64,000 bases of DNA from Callorhinchus milii (Eukaryota): contig NW_024704750.1 of NCBI RefSeq assembly GCF_018977255.1, positions 5,146,001 through 5,210,000 of the forward strand. The letters run 5' to 3'. Every line of letters begins with the position of its first letter. Position 1 is the stretch's first letter. A model generated the notes under the pieces. The model made no database searches. It saw nothing but the letters and a program-made list of their open reading frames with translations, and was not told the origin of the DNA. Of the stretch, positions 1 to 18,400 are shown one piece after another. The translations under genes and the position numbers were made by a program.

Positions 1-886
1 AGCTTCTCCTCAAAATCTGATCTTTATTATTTTGTTAAGCTGTTTTTTTCCCTGCTGATTATCCTTTTTATTCCTTTCCCTTCCCACTTCTCTGAACAGT
101 TTTCAGCCCAGTTCAGAAACCCAGATATATATATTAATATAGAGTCACTGGAGTCATTCCATATGTACACGATCAAGAATACCTCCTTTACACGAGACAG
201 GGAAAATTTGTTACACAATTTGTACACAACAATTACAGTCTTGGATAGACTTTATTGAAAGTGTAAGTAGTACAGCTCCAGTCAAACTTGAACACAAATC
301 AAATTGATAGCAGAACGCAATACAGTCAAGTTTATGTATAAGTTCTTTGGAGAGTTTATCACTTTCAGCCCTTAATTCAGGTGAGAAGCGGAAAAATTTG
401 CACAAAGATTTATTTGTTGCTGTCGGGTTTATTGGTCATGCCAAAATATCACTCTATGTACAATACATAAAGTAATCGTAAACCGTGACTTTACTGCAAC
501 TTGATCTACACCATGAGTAATGTTTTTGATATTTAGCCAATTCTGGTATAGTGATAGCTCCTAGGAACTGCCCAACCACACAGAAAAGTTAAAGCAATTA
601 TTGGTTGAAACAAATGCACATTCTATTTTAACGATTAATTGTTTAGGTTGAAAAATCAAATGGCAATTGGAAAACTGACCTGATAGTTTATTAGAATGTT
701 ATTACCCAGGCTGGTATTCAAATGATGACATTTCAAGCTCTAGTGGTTGACAAAGGACTAGTTAAATTGGTAAATAGTTATATTTAACGATTTGAAGGGT
801 GAATAAAGAGCACCGATAGCACAATTAAGATTGTCATGGCTGTTTTATGTATAGGAACTGTCAGAAAGTGGCAGCGATCTGCATAA

Positions 887-942
887 CAACAACAACAAGA
901 TTACATTTGTATAGTGCCTTTCACGTTGGGAAGACGTCCCAA
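887..942 (-). mobile_element. L2 LINE 3' tail remnant
   Basis: Reverse complement of gggacgtcttcccaacgtgaaaggcactat..(TTG)n. Confidence 0.7.
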
Positions 943-2069
943 TAATGCACTTTAGTGCATAAGGACACCCTGGTTAAAATCACTTTAATTTCCAAGAAGA
1001 AAATGGTGTTTAGCATGGTTGTGAAGCCAAACAAATCAGAACAATAAAATAAAGAACAAATACCAAGCAAAAAGAAAGTAGGATTTATTAATTTTTTTTA
1101 CGAAATATTTAATCACTCAAGAGTTTATTTTGTATTCATCTGAGAGGCGTTACACTTGTCAGATACCTGATAGTCCAGGAAAGATGTCATTCGATCCTAA
1201 TACTGAATACGTAAATTTAATGCTCAAATGTTCAATATGGACTTATAGCTAGTATGGCTCTGATAGGAATCCAGAATGGGATTCCTCTTCCAAGGCTGTC
1301 CCTCCCCATGCTTGTGATGATCTCAAGGTCCTCAAAGCAGAATTCCATGAGGAAATTTACCCCAACAATGTAATTGACGGTGCATTGAATAGATTTAAGA
1401 AATCAATCATTGAGATCACAAACGAATCAGACAGTTCCCTTTGTTGCAACTTTGAAACAGTGAGAGGAATAACATTTACAGTCTGTGGTAACTTACTGCC
1501 ACCTTTAGGCGAGTACACATACCGTATTTCCATGGAAAGCAAATTAGACTGCTCTACATTGGATACAGTGAAAATAGTAAATAGCACTTCCTAGTGGCTT
1601 ACCACAGAGAACCCCTGGCCATGGGCTTTGTAGCAAGTCTTTCGTCTGTACTTGCAAGAGATCTTTCAATTACTACATGTCAGCAATTACACGGCTCAGC
1701 AATGATTGTGAAAATTGACAGCTTTAATTCATTCAATCCTGTGTTACCGTTAAAATTATTGACATAAAGAGGACTACGCAAGACTTGTGCATATGAGTAA
1801 AGGTTTGTTTGTCCTTACAACAGTATCAGAATTCATATTTTAAAGATTAGATTGCACATAAAATACACCATTTGATCCACTAGCCTTCAAACACATTTTT
1901 AAATAATGTTCCAATAATAGCTCAAAATGAAACATGTTGCTTTTATTATATTCAAGTCTTCATGACATATTAAAACAAATATAAGTCAATGGAACATCAA
2001 CAAGCAAATTTGCATTTTTAATCATTGATATATTGGCTGATATATAATAATATTAATAATAATAATTAA

Positions 2070-2270
2070 TAATAATCCCTCAAGAAAAAAATTACAATAA
2101 TAATTTAGTCACTCAATCCATGACTGTTTGTGGGACACTGCTGTGCGTAATTGGCTGCCGCGTTTTGCCCACAAATATATAGTCAATTCACTTTACAGCA
2201 TATTCTGTAAAGCGCTTTGAGACGTCTCAAAGACGTGAAAAGCGCTATATCAAATGCAAGGATTATTATT
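2070..2270 (+). mobile_element. 5'-truncated SINE (Deu-like core plus L2-type tail)
   Basis: gctgtgcgtaattggctgccgcgttt core; tail tgcaaggattattatt; matches other copies in the window. Confidence 0.85.
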
Positions 2271-2360
2271 ATATATATTAATAAAATTAATACCACTGCT
2301 CACAACATAAAGCTGAACAAAGTGGCTCCATTTGAGGAAAAGTATTTGTTGGTACAGTAC

Positions 2361-3104
2361 CTTGAAGGACTTGTCCATGGAAGCAGAGAGAAGCAAGTGA
2401 CTGTGTTGCTGGATTGGACACCACTCTATTTTATTCACTGGTCCACTGTGCTCACACATCTGAAACAAGCAGCGCTTTGGAATTTCCGAAGTTTTGGAAT
2501 GGTTCTCCAGATAAGGCTTAATAAAGTCTGAAACTCTGTTGAACGCATTTGACTGCTGATCTTCTGGAGCTGTGTATTTTTTCTCTGAGTTTAAGGCTTC
2601 TGCGTCATCTACAGTTCCAGACACCGCTTGCTCTTGCCTGAGTCTTTTAGGTATGTAAGGTCTAATATTTCCAGGGGTACCCCCAGAGTCTTGAAATGAC
2701 CTTTTCTGAACGTAAGCGATCATCTTTGCAGGACGTTTGTCATATTTCTGCATCTGACCCAATAAATTTTGATGGTCACATTTAGAAGAAATATGAGGTC
2801 CCTGATGAGGACGCGTTCGGAGAGTCAAGGTTGTTTCTGGAGATTTGGGAGCTGTCTTCAAGTTTATCTGTGTAACGTTCCATTTGTTTTCCTCTGTAGT
2901 ACCTGTGCTCAAATCTCCTGGTGATGAACTTTCCATCGCCAAGTCACAGGTAGATTTTAACCTTCCAGCATTTGGCACGAGTTGCTGGAAATGGGGTTTG
3001 GGGCTAACAATAAGATCATCTTCTCTTTCAAGACATCCGTCAGCCCCACATTCATCATTTTCTGTATCTGAACCTGAGGATTCATAGGCAACCAGAGAAT
3101 TCAT
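2361..3104 (-). CDS. WDR25: WD repeat protein 25, first coding exon (gene continues beyond window start)
   Basis: MNSLVAYESSGSD start; IRPYIPKRLR motif; first WD40 repeat HSGPVNKIEWCPIQQHSHLLLSASMDKSFK ending at donor AAG|GTACTG; acceptor tttgttgcccttcag gives exon start 3223; head-to-head with WARS1 as in other vertebrates. Confidence 0.9.
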
Positions 3105-3300
3105 GTTATGCTTTGTAATACATCTGCTGATAATGATCACAGACCAGATGTTGTTCCCAAATCATAGGCTTCATCAGAAATATAGAATTGACATCCCTCC
3201 ACCAACAGTCTGAATGGCTGTTACTGAAGGGCAACAAACTCTGTCACAGCTCATTCCATTCTCTAAACGTTGGGTTACTCCCTGACTTGCTCCTTAACGT

Positions 3301-4250
3301 TCTCTGGGTTACTCTCTATTACTCTTTAGGTTACTCTCTATTACTCTCTGGTCTACTTTCCATTACTCTGGGTTACTCCTTAGGTTACTCTCTATTACTC
3401 TCCGGGTTACTCTCTATTACTCTTTAGGTTACTCTCTATTACTCTCTGGTCTACTTTCCATTACTCTGGGTTACTCCTTAGGTTACTCTCTATTACTCTC
3501 TATTACTCTCTGGGTTACTCTATTACTCTCTGGGTTACTCCCTAGGTTACTCTCTATTACTCTCTGGGTTACTCTCTATTACTCTCTGGGCTACTCTCTA
3601 TTACTCTCTGGGCTACTCTCTATTACTCTCCGGGTTACTCTCTATTACTCTCTGGGTTACTCTCTATTACTCTCTGGGTTACTCTCTATTACTCTCTGGG
3701 TTACTCTCTGGGTTACTCTCTATTACTCTCTGGGTTACTCTATTACTCACTGGGTTACTCTCTATTACTCTCTGGGTTACTCTCTATTACTCTCTGGGTT
3801 ACTCTATTACTCTCTGGGTTACTCTCTATTACTCTCTGGGCTACTCTCTATTACTCTCTGGGCTACTCTCTATTACTCTCTGGGTTACTCTATTACTCTC
3901 TGGGTTACTCCCTAGGTTACTCTCTATTACTCTCTGGGCTACTCTCTATTACTCTCTGGGCTACTCTTTATTACTCTCCGGGTTACTCTCTATGACTCTC
4001 CGGGTTACTCTCTATTACTCTCTGGGCTACTCTCTATTACTCTCTGGGTTACTCTATTACTCTCTGGGTTACTCCCTAGGTTACTCTCTATGACTCTCTG
4101 GGCTACTCTCTATTACTCTCTGGGCTACTCTCTATTACTCTCTGGGTTACTCTCTATTACTCTCTGGGTTACTCTCTATGACTCTCTGGGCTACTCTCTA
4201 TTACTCTCTGGGTTACTCTCTATGACTCTCCGGGTTACTCTCTATTACTC
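3301..4250. repeat. About 22-bp minisatellite (TACTCTCTGGGT+TACTCTCTAT)n
   Basis: Visible tandem units with minor variants, in WDR25 intron 1. Confidence 0.97.
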
Positions 4251-4660
4251 CCTCGAGTTGTTACCTCTTGTCCCCTCAGTTCCGGTTGGAGAAGCACAAC
4301 CGGATGTGGGTCCGTCCCTCTAACGTGTCCGATGTGCAACCCCTGGCCGGGAGCCGCGGGCTGTGTCAGGGCTCGTGGAGCGACGCGAGTGAAGCGGGAG
4401 CCGATCCCGGGAGAGCGGAGCCGGAGCCGCGGGCGGGGGCGGGGGCCTGGGCCTGGGCCTCGCTGTGAGTGCTCACGGTGGGTGGGCGCCGGGAGCTGAT
4501 GCACTGAGAGCCGAGAGGCGGCGTCAACCGCTCCCCGACTGACAGCCTCTCTCTGACGTGTCGCTGCTTCAGACTCGAGCACCGCGGGAGGGCCCTCCCC
4601 CCCTTCCTGCCTCCCCCCCCCTGCCTGTGAGATCCCACCTCACACCGAGCCTCGGGGGGG
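4250..4660. promoter_or_regulatory. CpG-rich bidirectional WDR25/WARS1 promoter with putative non-coding first exons
   Basis: CpG-dense; minus-strand donor AG|GTAAC ending at 4265; plus-strand donor GTGAGT at 4465; divergent ETS cores at 4278-4287 and 4298-4307; GC boxes near 4430-4446. Confidence 0.75.
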
Positions 4661-4665
4661 GTGCA

Positions 4666-5170
4666 GTTGGGGGGCTGTTGTGTGGGGGGTGTGGGTGTGG
4701 GGGCTGTTGGTGGGGTGTGTGTGTGGGCTGTTGGTGGGGTGTGTGTGTGGGGTGGGGGCTGTTGGTGGGGTGTGTGGGGGCTGTTGGTGGGGTGTGTGTG
4801 GGGGGTGGGGGCTGTTGGTGGGGTGTGTGTGTGGGGTGGGGGCTGTTGGTGGGGTGTGTGTGTGGGGTGGGGGCTGTTGGTGGGGTGTGTGGGGTGTGTG
4901 TGTGGGGTGGGGGCTGTTGGTGGGGTGTGTGGGGGCTGTTGGTGGGGTGTGTGTGTGGGGTGGGGGCTGTTGGTGGGCTGTGTGGGGTATGTGTGTGGGG
5001 TGGGGGCTGTTGGTGGGGTGTGTGGGGGCTGTTGGTGGGGTGTGTGGGGGCTGTTGGTGGGGTGTGTGAGGTGTGTGTGTGGGGTGGGGGCTGTTGGTGG
5101 GGTGTGTGGGGGCTGTTGGTGGGGTGTGTGGGGTGTGTGTGTGGGGTGGGGGCTGTTGGTGGGGTGGGTG
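4666..5170. repeat. G-rich minisatellite (GGGGTGGGGGCTGTTGGTGGGGTGTGTGT)n
   Basis: Tandem units with GGGG tracts, in WARS1 intron 1. Confidence 0.97.
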
Positions 5171-5739
5171 GAGGTGATATGATGACGGGGTATTTATTAT
5201 GCACTTGTGGAGACGAAAGAAACGGTTTCCCTTATCTGGATTTCCAACCCAAACCTTTAATCTGTCACCTCCAGGAGGGTCAGAGCAAAAGGAAGACATG
5301 GACTGTACTGCTGATGGTCTGGTTACACACAGACCAACTGTCCTTAATCAAGTGTAGGTGGGATACATAGAAATCTCACTTTGGTTTGGATTATTAACAA
5401 TAATTAATAATAATCCTTGCATTTGATATATATATTTAAAATAGTACCTTCCAGAGCAGTAAAGATTAGCTATAGTTGTACACTGGATAGGATTCTGTAA
5501 TATTGCTTTACTGTTATTTGGTAATGATCAGAATTGTTTGTGGCCTTAGTCGTTCTATGTCATTGCTATTCAAAGCAGATTTTTTTTTCTATCTTCTTAA
5601 ATTCCGTATTCACAGGTACAGACATATAATCTCTTAACGAATGCCAATCCAAGTGAACATACTTTGCCATTACTAACTGCGCACATCGTCCCGCTTAGTC
5701 CATTCACTGGATCTTTCTTCATCTTTTCTGGACTGTGAA

Positions 5740-11641
<5,902 letters not shown>

Positions 11642-11786
11642 TGGTATTTACTGGCTTCAAAATTTTTAATGCTCAATACACAGAGATTGTCCCATCTCAG
11701 GCTAGGTCTTGTTTGCATCATCTAGAATCTTAACAGGACCTTGAAATTAGATGTAACATCATGCAAAATAGTAATATGGAATCATC

Positions 11787-11908
11787 AATAAATGCTGTTA
11801 AATTATCACCAATCATTCTTTCAAGGAGTGGTGCTTGTATTTCCATCACTTCGGTTTAGTCCATGCTAGGTTTTATACACATTCACCTGATGGCAGTCGA
11901 TTAATAAA
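11787..11908 (+). terminator. Candidate WARS1 polyadenylation signals
   Basis: AATAAA at 11787-11792 and 11903-11908 downstream of the stop codon. Confidence 0.55.
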
Positions 11909-12976
11909 CATTTCTGGGTAGACTTTTGCACTAAAACTAATAATACAGTACTTGCATTTGATCTTGCTCCTTATCACGTTGCCTATGCTGCACAATCCAA
12001 ATAACACAACCAGTCAGTCTCGAATGAAATTCCACTACAATGCAGATCTGAGAACAGGTAAGAGGTGGAGATGCTTTACTGAATCTATGTCAGTCGTCAA
12101 TCATGACTACTACACCTTCAAATCTAATCCACTACCCTCATTGTAATTCACACGTTTTGTTTAGTCTATACCACAGAGTAGGGGTGTAATCCACAGGGTT
12201 CTCCTGTGCGAAAATACATGAATGGACCTGGGCTTTCAATCTTATTTAGCAAGTCCTAAAAAATAAAATAGGATATGCAGCATTGCTTGGAACCCGGTTC
12301 TGGGGTAACTGTTGCTGTAGAATTATGTCTGAAGTGGCAGATTTACGAGAATTCAATACCTGCCTGTCGATTATATATTGATTGGATTCATAGATTTCTT
12401 TAGTTAAGCACTTTTCACTGAAATCCACCTGGGTTGGCCCCCATACACAATCTAGTGCAGGCATTTGAATATTTTTGTACACTGTATAGGAAGCTAACAC
12501 AGCAAAATATTGAAAGCAATAAAACTTGCGTTTCCTGCTATCTTCTCTAACAGACCAAAGAGTACTTTGATCAGATTGGGTTCCAGAAAATAAAAGCACA
12601 GTAGAGAAAATGCTGTTTATTGCCAGGAATGGGAAAATATACTTTACGTTTTGGGAAAATATATACAAATACATTCATGCTCAGCAACTTAATCTGATGT
12701 CAAGTGCAATTCATCGGAATAAATATGAAATGTTTAACAATTGTTTTCAATAGAATAAAAATAAATTGAATATTCATATCTAGTTATTACACCATTAAGT
12801 ACATTGTCAGAATGAAGAAAGAATATCAACATAACAATTTATTAAGATATTCCGTTATGAAAAATGAATTTATAAAATTTCAATTTTCCCTTCAGTTTAG
12901 CTGCTCTGGTATTATAGGTCTAGATTTTCAAATAGCTAAATATATGGAAAAATAAAAAGTCATAAATAATAAATGC

Positions 12977-13410
12977 AGAGTCCATAGAGTACTGATTAGA
13001 ACACTCGCCTCGCAAGCGAGAGGATCCGGGTTCAATTTCTGGGCAGGGTGAAACCTTAGGCAAGTTTCCTAAGGTTGCATGATACTTGACCATGCCTTCA
13101 GCCACTCTCCTCGCTTCTCTGCACTCCCTGATTCCAAACCTCCCCCGCTTGAGTCCTAATCCCTGACTGTTCGTCTTGGGACGTCCTCCCGACATGAAAG
13201 GCGCTTTACAAATTTAATTTTGTATTGTAGAAGGGATAATAATTTGGTCACTCAATCCACGACTGTGGGACATTGCTGTGCGCAATTCTCTGCCGCGTTT
13301 CGCACACAAAATCTACAATCGAATCACTTTACAGTGTATCCTGTGAAGCGCTTTGAGACGTCTCAACGACGTGATAAGGCTCTGTATCAAATGCAAGGAT
13401 TATTATTATA
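12977..13410 (+). mobile_element. tRNA-head SINE interrupted by an L2 3' fragment (about 13076-13230)
   Basis: Head gagtccatagagtactgattagaacactcgcctcgcaagcgagaggatccgggttcaatt; body resumes near 13236; tail at 13410. Confidence 0.8.
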
Positions 13411-13519
13411 AATACAGGTCCACGTTTAAGAGACCAGACAGCCGTGTGGTGTGCAGCTAAAGGGTTTGAGCACACATCCTGCTAACTGATACTGAACAGA
13501 GGACAAGAAAAAAAAACTC

Positions 13520-13625
13520 TGAACAATTTTCCCTTGCCTATCTTAAGGTTGCTGAGACCAACTGTTGTGCCTCTACAGTTACCTCAGACGAGAATAGTGA
13601 ATTCAGGATTGGGGATCTCCAAGTC
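13520..13625 (-). mobile_element. Highly diverged ancient SINE fragment, same family as 35590-35830
   Basis: Reverse complement gtagaggcacaacagttggtctcagcaaccttaagataggcaagggaaaatt resembles the 35620-35690 segment. Confidence 0.4.
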
Positions 13626-13996
13626 TGAGCACATGTGTTGTGCTACTAATACATAACCTTAGAAGAGGTGATGTCACGTGGAGAAAGAGATGAAATATCA
13701 GGCTGGACCACTTAGCCATGAATGAAACGTGAGGGTTCTGAGGAGACTTCCCAAAATAAGCCAAGGTTCAAAAAGAAAGAAAAAAGAAATGAGGGATTAC
13801 TAATGCATCGATCTGTATGTAGTCGACATTGCCCTGAAAAGCTTTGGTTAACATTAGAATTGCCTGGTTAGCATTACAGGTTATTCTTATAAACTTGACA
13901 TTGTGCTGCCCTTGTCAAGTGCTCTGGGATGGGGCCTATATCAATGCAATATAAATGCAAACCCTCATGCACACTTTCATTACATCGAGGGCGACT

Positions 13997-14322
13997 ATAA
14001 TAATAATAATAATAATCCTTGCATTTGATATAGCGCTTTTCACGTCGGGAGGACATCCCAAAGCGCTTCACAGAACACACTGTAAAGTGAATTGACTGTA
14101 TATTTGTGGGCGAACGTGGCAGCCAATTGCGTACAGCAATGTCCCACAAACAGTCGTAGATTGAAAATGACCAATTTATTATTGGTTTTGGTTTTGGAGG
14201 GATTATTATTAGGCTCTGTGTTGAGTAAGGAAACTTGCCCAAGGTTTCACCCTCTGCCTGGAATTGAACTCAGGTCTCTCACTTGAAAAGTGAGTGCTCT
14301 AACAACTGAGCTACAGGACTCC
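13997..14322 (-). mobile_element. Full-length tRNA-head SINE (about 320 bp)
   Basis: Minus strand GGAGTCCTGTAGCTCAGTTGTTAGAGC (A box) and GAGTTCAATTCC (B box), core, (ATT)n tail. Confidence 0.9.
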
Positions 14323-14372
14323 ACTCACTGCAAACTCACTGCTTGTCGGCCTTCCCAACTCCTCCCTCCACA

Positions 14373-14905
14373 GGCTGCAGATCATCCAGAACTCTGCAGC
14401 CCGTGTCCTCTCCCGCACCAGTGCTCCGTGACCCTATCACCCCCATCCTCGCCCGACTTCACTGGCTTCCCATCACGCAACGGATTCAGTTCAAGATCCT
14501 GGTCCTCACCTTCAAAGCACTCCATGGTCTTCCTCCCACCATACCTCTGTGACCTCTTAATCCCCTACCATCCTGCTCGCTCCCTCCACTCAGTGGGTTC
14601 CAGTCTGCTTCACATCCCCCGCCTCACTCGCCTCACAATTGGCGGGCAGGCCTTTTGCCACTCTGCCCCCACCCTCTGGAACTCCATCCCTCAGTCCCTC
14701 TGCCTAGCGCCCTCTCTTGCCTCCTTCAAGACCCATCTGAAGACCCTCCGCTTTGACCGTATTTTCGATCTCTCTGCTTCGCCCCCTGCCCTCCACCCTC
14801 CTCGATCCCGACCCCCAGCTTGAGTCCAAACCTCTGTTTGTCCAACGCCTCGGGACGTCCTCCCAACATGAAAGGCACAATACAAAAGTAATTTTGTTGT
14901 TGGTG
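14373..14905 (+). mobile_element. L2 LINE 3' fragment
   Basis: Translates to PILARLHWLPITQRIQFKILVLTFKALHG (L2 ORF2 C-terminus); ends with hairpin and (TTG)n. Confidence 0.88.
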
Positions 14906-15209
14906 TTGTTAGTTTTTTTTATGCTCCATTTCTTAGTGATAATAGTTCAATAAAAACAAGCATTTCAAATCATATTAAAAAAAAACATTTACAGCATTCC
15001 CTTCTCATCCCTTGAGGAAATAAGGTTCCCAGGATAGTGAGCTAAAAGTTCCTGAAAGACACAAGATCTGGACAAAACAGATGTTCTGATCCACATTTAA
15101 AAAATCTCATTCACATTCAGGCCTCTCCACGCACGGTACAGTAAAGAAACACAAGGAAATTGCCTTGGGAGAATCCTCTGGACTAACATCCTCTGGATGC
15201 TTATTTTCT

Positions 15210-15496
15210 TCATTCCTTTAAGGTAGTTTTTTTGAGGAGTTCCAGTATAGTTTCATAAGTTACAAAAGTCACTCCATTCACTGGAAATGCACGCAAGCAG
15301 TTCAAGGTCAGGCCCTTGAAGAAAACTCTAATCCCCTCACGCTTGAAGCTTTTGGTAATACAGTTCAATACTCCAGTGTATCTCCGTTGGCCCATGCCAT
15401 CCATCTGCATGCGAGACTTCATGACATCCATTGGGGTCGCCAATACCCAGTAGGTCACTCCCGCCCACCCGCCAGCCAGCAACTTGCTTGACCAAC
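15210..15496 (-). CDS. SLC25A47: SLC25A47 exon 6 (last coding)
   Basis: WSSKLLAGGWAG...ATPMDVMKSRMQMDG...RAFPVNGVTFVTYE...stop; acceptor ttgtctcttcgcag. Confidence 0.9.
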
Positions 15497-18400
15497 CTGC
15501 GAAGAGACAAAGCTATTGATTAGTTAAAATTAGAAATATTTTCTCCAATTTAGGCAACGGCTCACCAATAATCTCACTTGACATAAGCCTCTTCGTGAAC
15601 ATGACAGTCTAAAGCTGCCCATACACGTAAGTAACTATTTAGCTGGTTTCTCTCGAATGACATTACCAGACTAATTGCCTTTTACACAAAAAAAAGTGGC
15701 AGGTATTGTAATGTCACAAACCCACACAAGAAGATAGTACTGTTGAACATCATTATTTTAACTGAAAATCAATCAATTGTAATAGCAGAAGGAAGACGAC
15801 AAATGCTTTGAGACTTCCTCCTGACATGAAAGGTGCTATATAAATGTATATTGTATAAATCTCACAATGACAGAGCACTAAATATCCTACCACATCTTGC
15901 ATCACCAACATGTAGAGAACAATTACATTTATGAAAAGGGTATTTGTATAGTCAGCTACCTGAATGCCTCACTGTTTTCCTTAAACTCTACGAACTTACA
16001 AATGAAGAAATCACATCCTATTTCTGAACGTTCGTACCACTGTATACGTCAGAACGCAGTCAAATAAATTCCACAACAACAACAAGATTCCATTTATAGA
16101 GCGCCTTTCACGTCGGGAGGACGTCCCAAGGTGCTGTACAGTTGGGTCAGGACCCGAGCAGGGGGGAAATGGTCAGGGGGAGGGGAGGGAAGGGAGGGAG
16201 CGAGGAGGGGGTAGAGAGTCGAGAGGGAAGCTGAAGGCACGTTCAAAGAGAAAGGTCTTGAGACCGGCCTTGAAGGAGGAAAGGGAGGAAGCGGCGAAGG
16301 CACTGGGGGATGGAGTTCCAGAGCCTCGGGGCTGAGAGGCTGAAGGCCCGGCCACAGATGGTAGGGCGGTTGAGGCGGGGGATGTGGAGCAGACCGGAGC
16401 CACAGTCAGCACTCCCGAATGTTTTCTTTAAGGTGTTTTGTATTATCTTAACTATCTATCAGTATAGGCTTACTGTTCAACTGCAGCATAAACACTGAGC
16501 TCAAGTACATCAAATGACCATTTGATTTACAATCGGTAGAAAATACATGCATTTATGTCTGTAAAACTGTAAGTCCAAATAAAAGCAAGCTTTTTTAAAA
16601 TACCTCTGGAGTCTTGTCCTTGTGGAGTCAACCATTCAGTAAAAATGGAGTAAGACAGAAAGTATAATCCAAAACAGGGAATGTCCCTTAGCCACAGAGC
16701 AGTAATACCTCGATAAAGACCACAAATCCCTTCCTCATTTAGTACTGTCATCATGCAGTGAATTGGACCTCTGTATTTGGCCTTTGATAACAGACCAACT
16801 GTTGCAGGACCGTAGTAAGTGTTATGAGGATGAGTTTGGTTCTGCTGCCTTATCTTGATCAGGTCGATGGGAGCGAACACCATAGCCTGGGAACATGCAG
16901 CAAAAACAAAAATAGACAAATGAGAAAAACAGATGCTTACTCATTGATCGCAGCTAAAGAGTTGCGTTATGTAACAAAGCTGGATTGAAAATATGGTACG
17001 TATAATTAAGAAAAAAACAAGAAATGATTAGAACCTTGCAATTGGCCACAGAAAGTTCTCTGTGAGTTGAAATAATAATACCAATCCTTACATTTGAGAC
17101 AGTGCCTTATCACACAGTTGAGATGTCTCAAACTGCTTCACGTGATATATTGTAAAATATTTGACTGACTGTATTTTGTAGCCAAAACACATTGCCCCTG
17201 CACTCCCTTGCAATACTATAGACTTTTTAATCTATTAAGATGGGAAGTCACAATACTGCATCTCAATTTGCAGAGAGTTTCCTTTAACCTACTTTAAAGA
17301 AAAAAATAATGTTCCTGCGTCTTACACTTAAGCCTTTCAATTTATGATATTGGTCATAATTTTTATTAAATAAATAAAGGATATCGCTCTCATTATTTGG
17401 GTATCCTCTCTCCTAAAATAATGCTCCATTGTATCAAATGATTCTATTTTGTAGAGATGGAATAACAACGCTTAATGCAGGTAATTCAGGAATTCAAACC
17501 AACAACGGTTGCATCCACACAATAGTTAATGAACATCACAAAGATCCTCTGCTTATGACTGTTGTAATGAGGTTTGGAAGATGCTTTAAAAGGAGCGATC
17601 TTCAGAGAACAGCTTTCTACATAAAAATAATATGGGCAATTTCTACCAATTCGCAGATCCAGCTTTAGCGGTAGCACAACACGCATCTGATCCGATTATC
17701 CACTGTCCCACCAGGAGAGAAAGATAAAGGATGTAATTCAAATTTGTCTGACCACAGGATCAATCTTAAACCTACATTGTTCTGAACTGCAGTTCAGAAA
17801 TCATTTTAACATTTTATGAGAATAAACATTTTATGAGGTTGTATGGATCTGTTACATTTGTGGTAACTTTCCAGCTGTGTTCTGGAATCATAATTAACAA
17901 TCACACTAATTTCCTGATAAAGTACTTATAAGCAAACAAGCTGAATAATACTCTACATGGTTATCACAATCTTGTTACATACAAAGTACCTCAGCGGTTC
18001 CTGCAGAACAGCCGGCAACAAAAACATCAAATCTGGATGGTTTCACCTCTGAGCTCCCGTGTGGCAATGTGCATAAATAATGAAGGCAATTTCTGTATGT
18101 ACCAAAACAAACCGAGCTGCACAGGGACACAGACAGAATAGGCAACGCCATTCCTTTGTAAAATCCATGAATCTAGGTAATAGAGAATAACATGAGAAGG
18201 TATGGAATGAGGAAATGCCACTCCAACACTGCTTTTACAGAAAGCTACCCTTATTGTGGAATTCAGCTCAATAAGTCCCTTGAATCCCAACGTAATCTAA
18301 CATCCATCTGACCGCCACATCTCCACTGTTTAAGCTTCGCCTAACTCCACAAGTAAAATTCCTACCATCTTCCTCCCCAGATCTAGCTGTTCAGAAATTC

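Noticed and set aside
3301-4250. Regular repeat array superficially like CRISPR
   Set aside because: No unique spacers, no cas genes, vertebrate intron.
4558-5370. Long Gly/Cys/Val/Trp and Pro/His/Thr ORFs
   Set aside because: Translations of a G-rich minisatellite that is open in several frames; intronic.
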